A program made the translations under genes and the position numbers. DNA of 64,000 nt, taken from the NCBI GenBank assembly GCA_047495785.1, contig JBLDXI010000029.1, positions 310,001 to 374,000 on the forward strand, read 5' to 3'. This document shows, piece by piece, positions 61,318-64,000 of this stretch. The DNA comes from Lepidodermella squamata (Eukaryota; Animalia; Gastrotricha). The notes under the pieces were generated by a model, which saw nothing but the letters and a program-made list of their open reading frames with translations, was not told where the DNA came from and made no database searches. The stretch's first letter is position 1, and every line of letters starts with the position of its first letter.

Positions 61318-63511
61318 GATTTTCAACTTCAACTCATTTCGAATTCCTAACTGAGTAAGAACGAACTTATTACATGAACATCAAAAAGGAACAGGAAAGG
61401 GAAAAGGGATAGAACGAATGCTCTTAAAACTCGAATGAATTATGAGAAGTTACCCGCTTTAACTTCCCCGCAGATTAGAAGAAAGAAAGTAGGATGCATA
61501 GGATAAAACTGACGATATCTCGAATATTTGAATTTTCAGTGGACTAAAAACTGAATTGTCGCAAATTTGAATATGGTTGGAAGCTTTTGAGTTCTAGAAA
61601 AGAGTTTTGATGATGTAAGGTAGCCAGGAAGTAAGCGGTTAGATCTGCTACGCTAAAAGCCCTGCATTTCAGTAAATTTAGCTAAAAGACGGAAACTGTT
61701 CCGGTGCATGTTGAAGTGTGATAAAGATTTGATGCTACGAGTGTAATCATGTTTAGAGAGCTGTCTTCCGATAAATTAGCTCGTCGATAGAACCCCGCAT
61801 AGATTCGCATGCGTGCAATAACGATAATGACTTTTTTATGCCGATGTTATTATGCCGAATGCAGGAAATCGTTCGCAGCCGCAGCTATTTAACAGCTACA
61901 TGATCTATGAGCATACACCCGCTAAGGCCGTTGGAGGGGTCTAATTGATTAGCATAGGTAGTATTGAATTACGACACGACTGATAATACAGAATTCCTAA
62001 AAGTTGAGCTTGAGGCTAATGATGACTTAATTATCGACTGTGATCAATACATTTTTTTGAAAAGTAAAAAAATTTCAACAGGAGCAGGGAAAAAGCAATT
62101 AAATTCCAAAAATAACACGAAACATACCAGCCGGGAAGCTAATATTGCCTAAGTCAAGGGTGTTCAAGGTATTCAAAGAATTCATGGAATTCATCCCGGG
62201 TGAACAAAAATTCAGCGAAAAGCGCAGAATTACGTCAGAGCGTCTACGTTTTTGGGGGAGTATAATGTTTCATTCGCGGGAAATCATCTTAATTCGCTAT
62301 AGCTTGTGGTGGTATCTTATTTGCTCTCTTGAGAAGGAAGGGGGAGGGGCGGGGAATTTCTTCGAAATTCAAAGATGTGTCCAAGAGCAGTATTTTTTTG
62401 GCGGGTGGTGAGTAGGGTACTTACCCCAATGAATACATATCTGCTAAGATACAAATATCCCAATCCCAAGTCAACGAAATCTTCACGAACCCCTTTACGA
62501 AACCCATGTACCTATCCGCAAGAGATCGCAAGAAAAGCTTTCAAATATTGTATGCGGTTTGTCTGTATAGTGTCCGAACGCGGTGGTCTAACAGACCGTC
62601 ACGTAACCGAACGACATTTTATTGCTTTATGTGCGGACAGCCTCAAATGATGTCCAGATTTTAAACAACTTTTTATCATTGAGACCTTCGTAAGACTGAT
62701 ATTCTGTGTCTGCTTTGATGAGTAGTTATGAACTAGAAAATATAGACAAATATGGGCAAGAAAGTTTGGACATTTTATTCGGCTCAAACAACCATAATTA
62801 GCACACCTACCTTTTAGCGACCTACTAAGCATAAAGTCGTGCAAAATCATTGTTATTTGAAGCCGAATCAAACTAAATAGAGAGCGGCTCCCGATAGTAA
62901 GAAGAGACGGGACATCATCAATAAATTTGAAAAGAAATCCACGTCGACTATGGATTTGTGTGTGCGGTCCTTCGACCCTATTTCATTCCATTAAGAGGTG
63001 TCAGAGGTCTCAGGCTTTCCTTTTCAGTTCAATAACATCAGCCATCATGAGGGGTTTACATATCCACAAGATCATTTCAATTTAACCCCAAGAATGTTAA
63101 AATTATTTTAAATCTTAGAGTGATTGGATGTCTGCGGTTTTGTGAAACTGGGCAGCAATGCCTTTCTATTTGATTGAAAAACCCCCATTTTGGACACTAA
63201 CAGTCACACTGAAAAGATAAGAGGATTCACTCGCGTAATTACTCGGACTCCGGCGTTTTTTCGTTTCAAATTATTTTTCAAATCTGTATAAAGCGAAGAA
63301 CGAGAATGTTCTAGCACTGCTTCGAGTGCAAGATAGGCGCACTTGAAGTGGTGGCCAAAGAATAATAGACGGTAAGGCGGCGCCCATGCTAGCTGATGAG
63401 CATGCCAAGCAGCATGATGATGATGATGCGTCAACAAAATGCGTACGCACTTGGGGGCGTCAACACGAATTCGCCTTCAGTGCCTCAAAATCCACTGAGA
63501 TTCACCATTTG

Positions 63512-64000
63512 ATGGCCAGGCACCTAGCATTTCTAGTGCTTGGCGTATTGACGCCGCAAGTCGCCGGCTTCCCGGCGTTGCAAGATCTGATACCCAATGC
63601 GAGAAATGTCCCGAATCCTTGCAACCGAGCTAAGACCGTGCCAGGCCTCGGGCATGCTAACTTGATCGGCGGCGGCACTTTGAATCCATTTGGCATGGAT
63701 TTCTACCGAAATAATTTCACATGGTCTGTGGTATGCCCGATGGACTCTGACGGCGATGGCATGTCAAACGGCCAGGAATTGGGCGATCCATTATGTGTCT
63801 GGAGACCATTTTTCGGCGTAGACCCAACAATTATGGCTCGTAACGCAATCTCTCATCCTGGAGTCTGTGAACCGATTGATGCACCGACTTGTCAAAGAGT
63901 AAAACTTTTTCAAATGTGAAGAAAATATATCAATTTTGAGTATTGCAGGCTAACACCTTTCTTGACATGAATAAGTGTGCTGACCTTCCATTAGATCCGC
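63512..64000 (+). CDS. Temptin-domain secreted protein, probably continuing beyond the window (temptin / copper monooxygenase-like)
   Basis: Signal MARHLAFLVLGVLTPQVAG; IPN..NVPNPC, GH...GGG.LNPFG.DF, W..VC..DSDGDG.SNG.ELGDP.C.W, SHPG.CEP. A likely intron from ~63899 to 63948 reopens the frame (ANTFLDMNKCAD) to the edge. Confidence 0.8.

Noticed and set aside
1-64000. Prokaryotic or viral origin, operons, or a non-standard genetic code
   Set aside because: Spliceosomal introns and metazoan gene families occur throughout, and the long ORFs translate cleanly with the standard code.

Overview
Gene-dense eukaryotic genomic DNA from an invertebrate animal. Most introns are short (about 45-70 bp) and GT-AG; there is a vitellogenin, Cys-loop channels and a class C GPCR. 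The gene set would fit an acoel or another marine invertebrate, but the taxon cannot be fixed from the sequence. No rRNA, tRNA, CRISPR or autonomous transposon was seen. Genes in order: a LamG-LamG-serine-protease homologue running off the left edge (missed by the ORF track); a signal-peptide ankyrin protein; a LamG-like protein; a Cys-loop channel with an N-terminal L-type-lectin-like domain and mucin stalk; an ankyrin-SOCS-box protein; a CTL-CTL-mucin-vWA protein; a Pro-rich Kunitz/WAP protein; a catalytically degenerate, NIT-like transmembrane guanylyl cyclase; cofilin; three paralogous orphan Cys-loop channels plus a pseudo-exon; a ~2,550-aa GB1/VLIG-type GTPase-Cys-rich-vWA protein split by one 2-kb intron; a decaying cluster of four arrestin-like genes; a C-type lectin; a DUF288/STELLO-like protein; vitellogenin; a GABA-B-like GPCR; and a temptin-domain gene running off the right edge. 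Several non-autonomous DNA transposons have readable TIRs and TSDs (hAT-, CMC/EnSpm- and P-like). The best novelty candidates are the lectin-fused ligand-gated channel and the giant GTPase-vWA gene, whose architecture I associate with fungi and protists. All domain calls come from motif recognition by eye, not from database searches.
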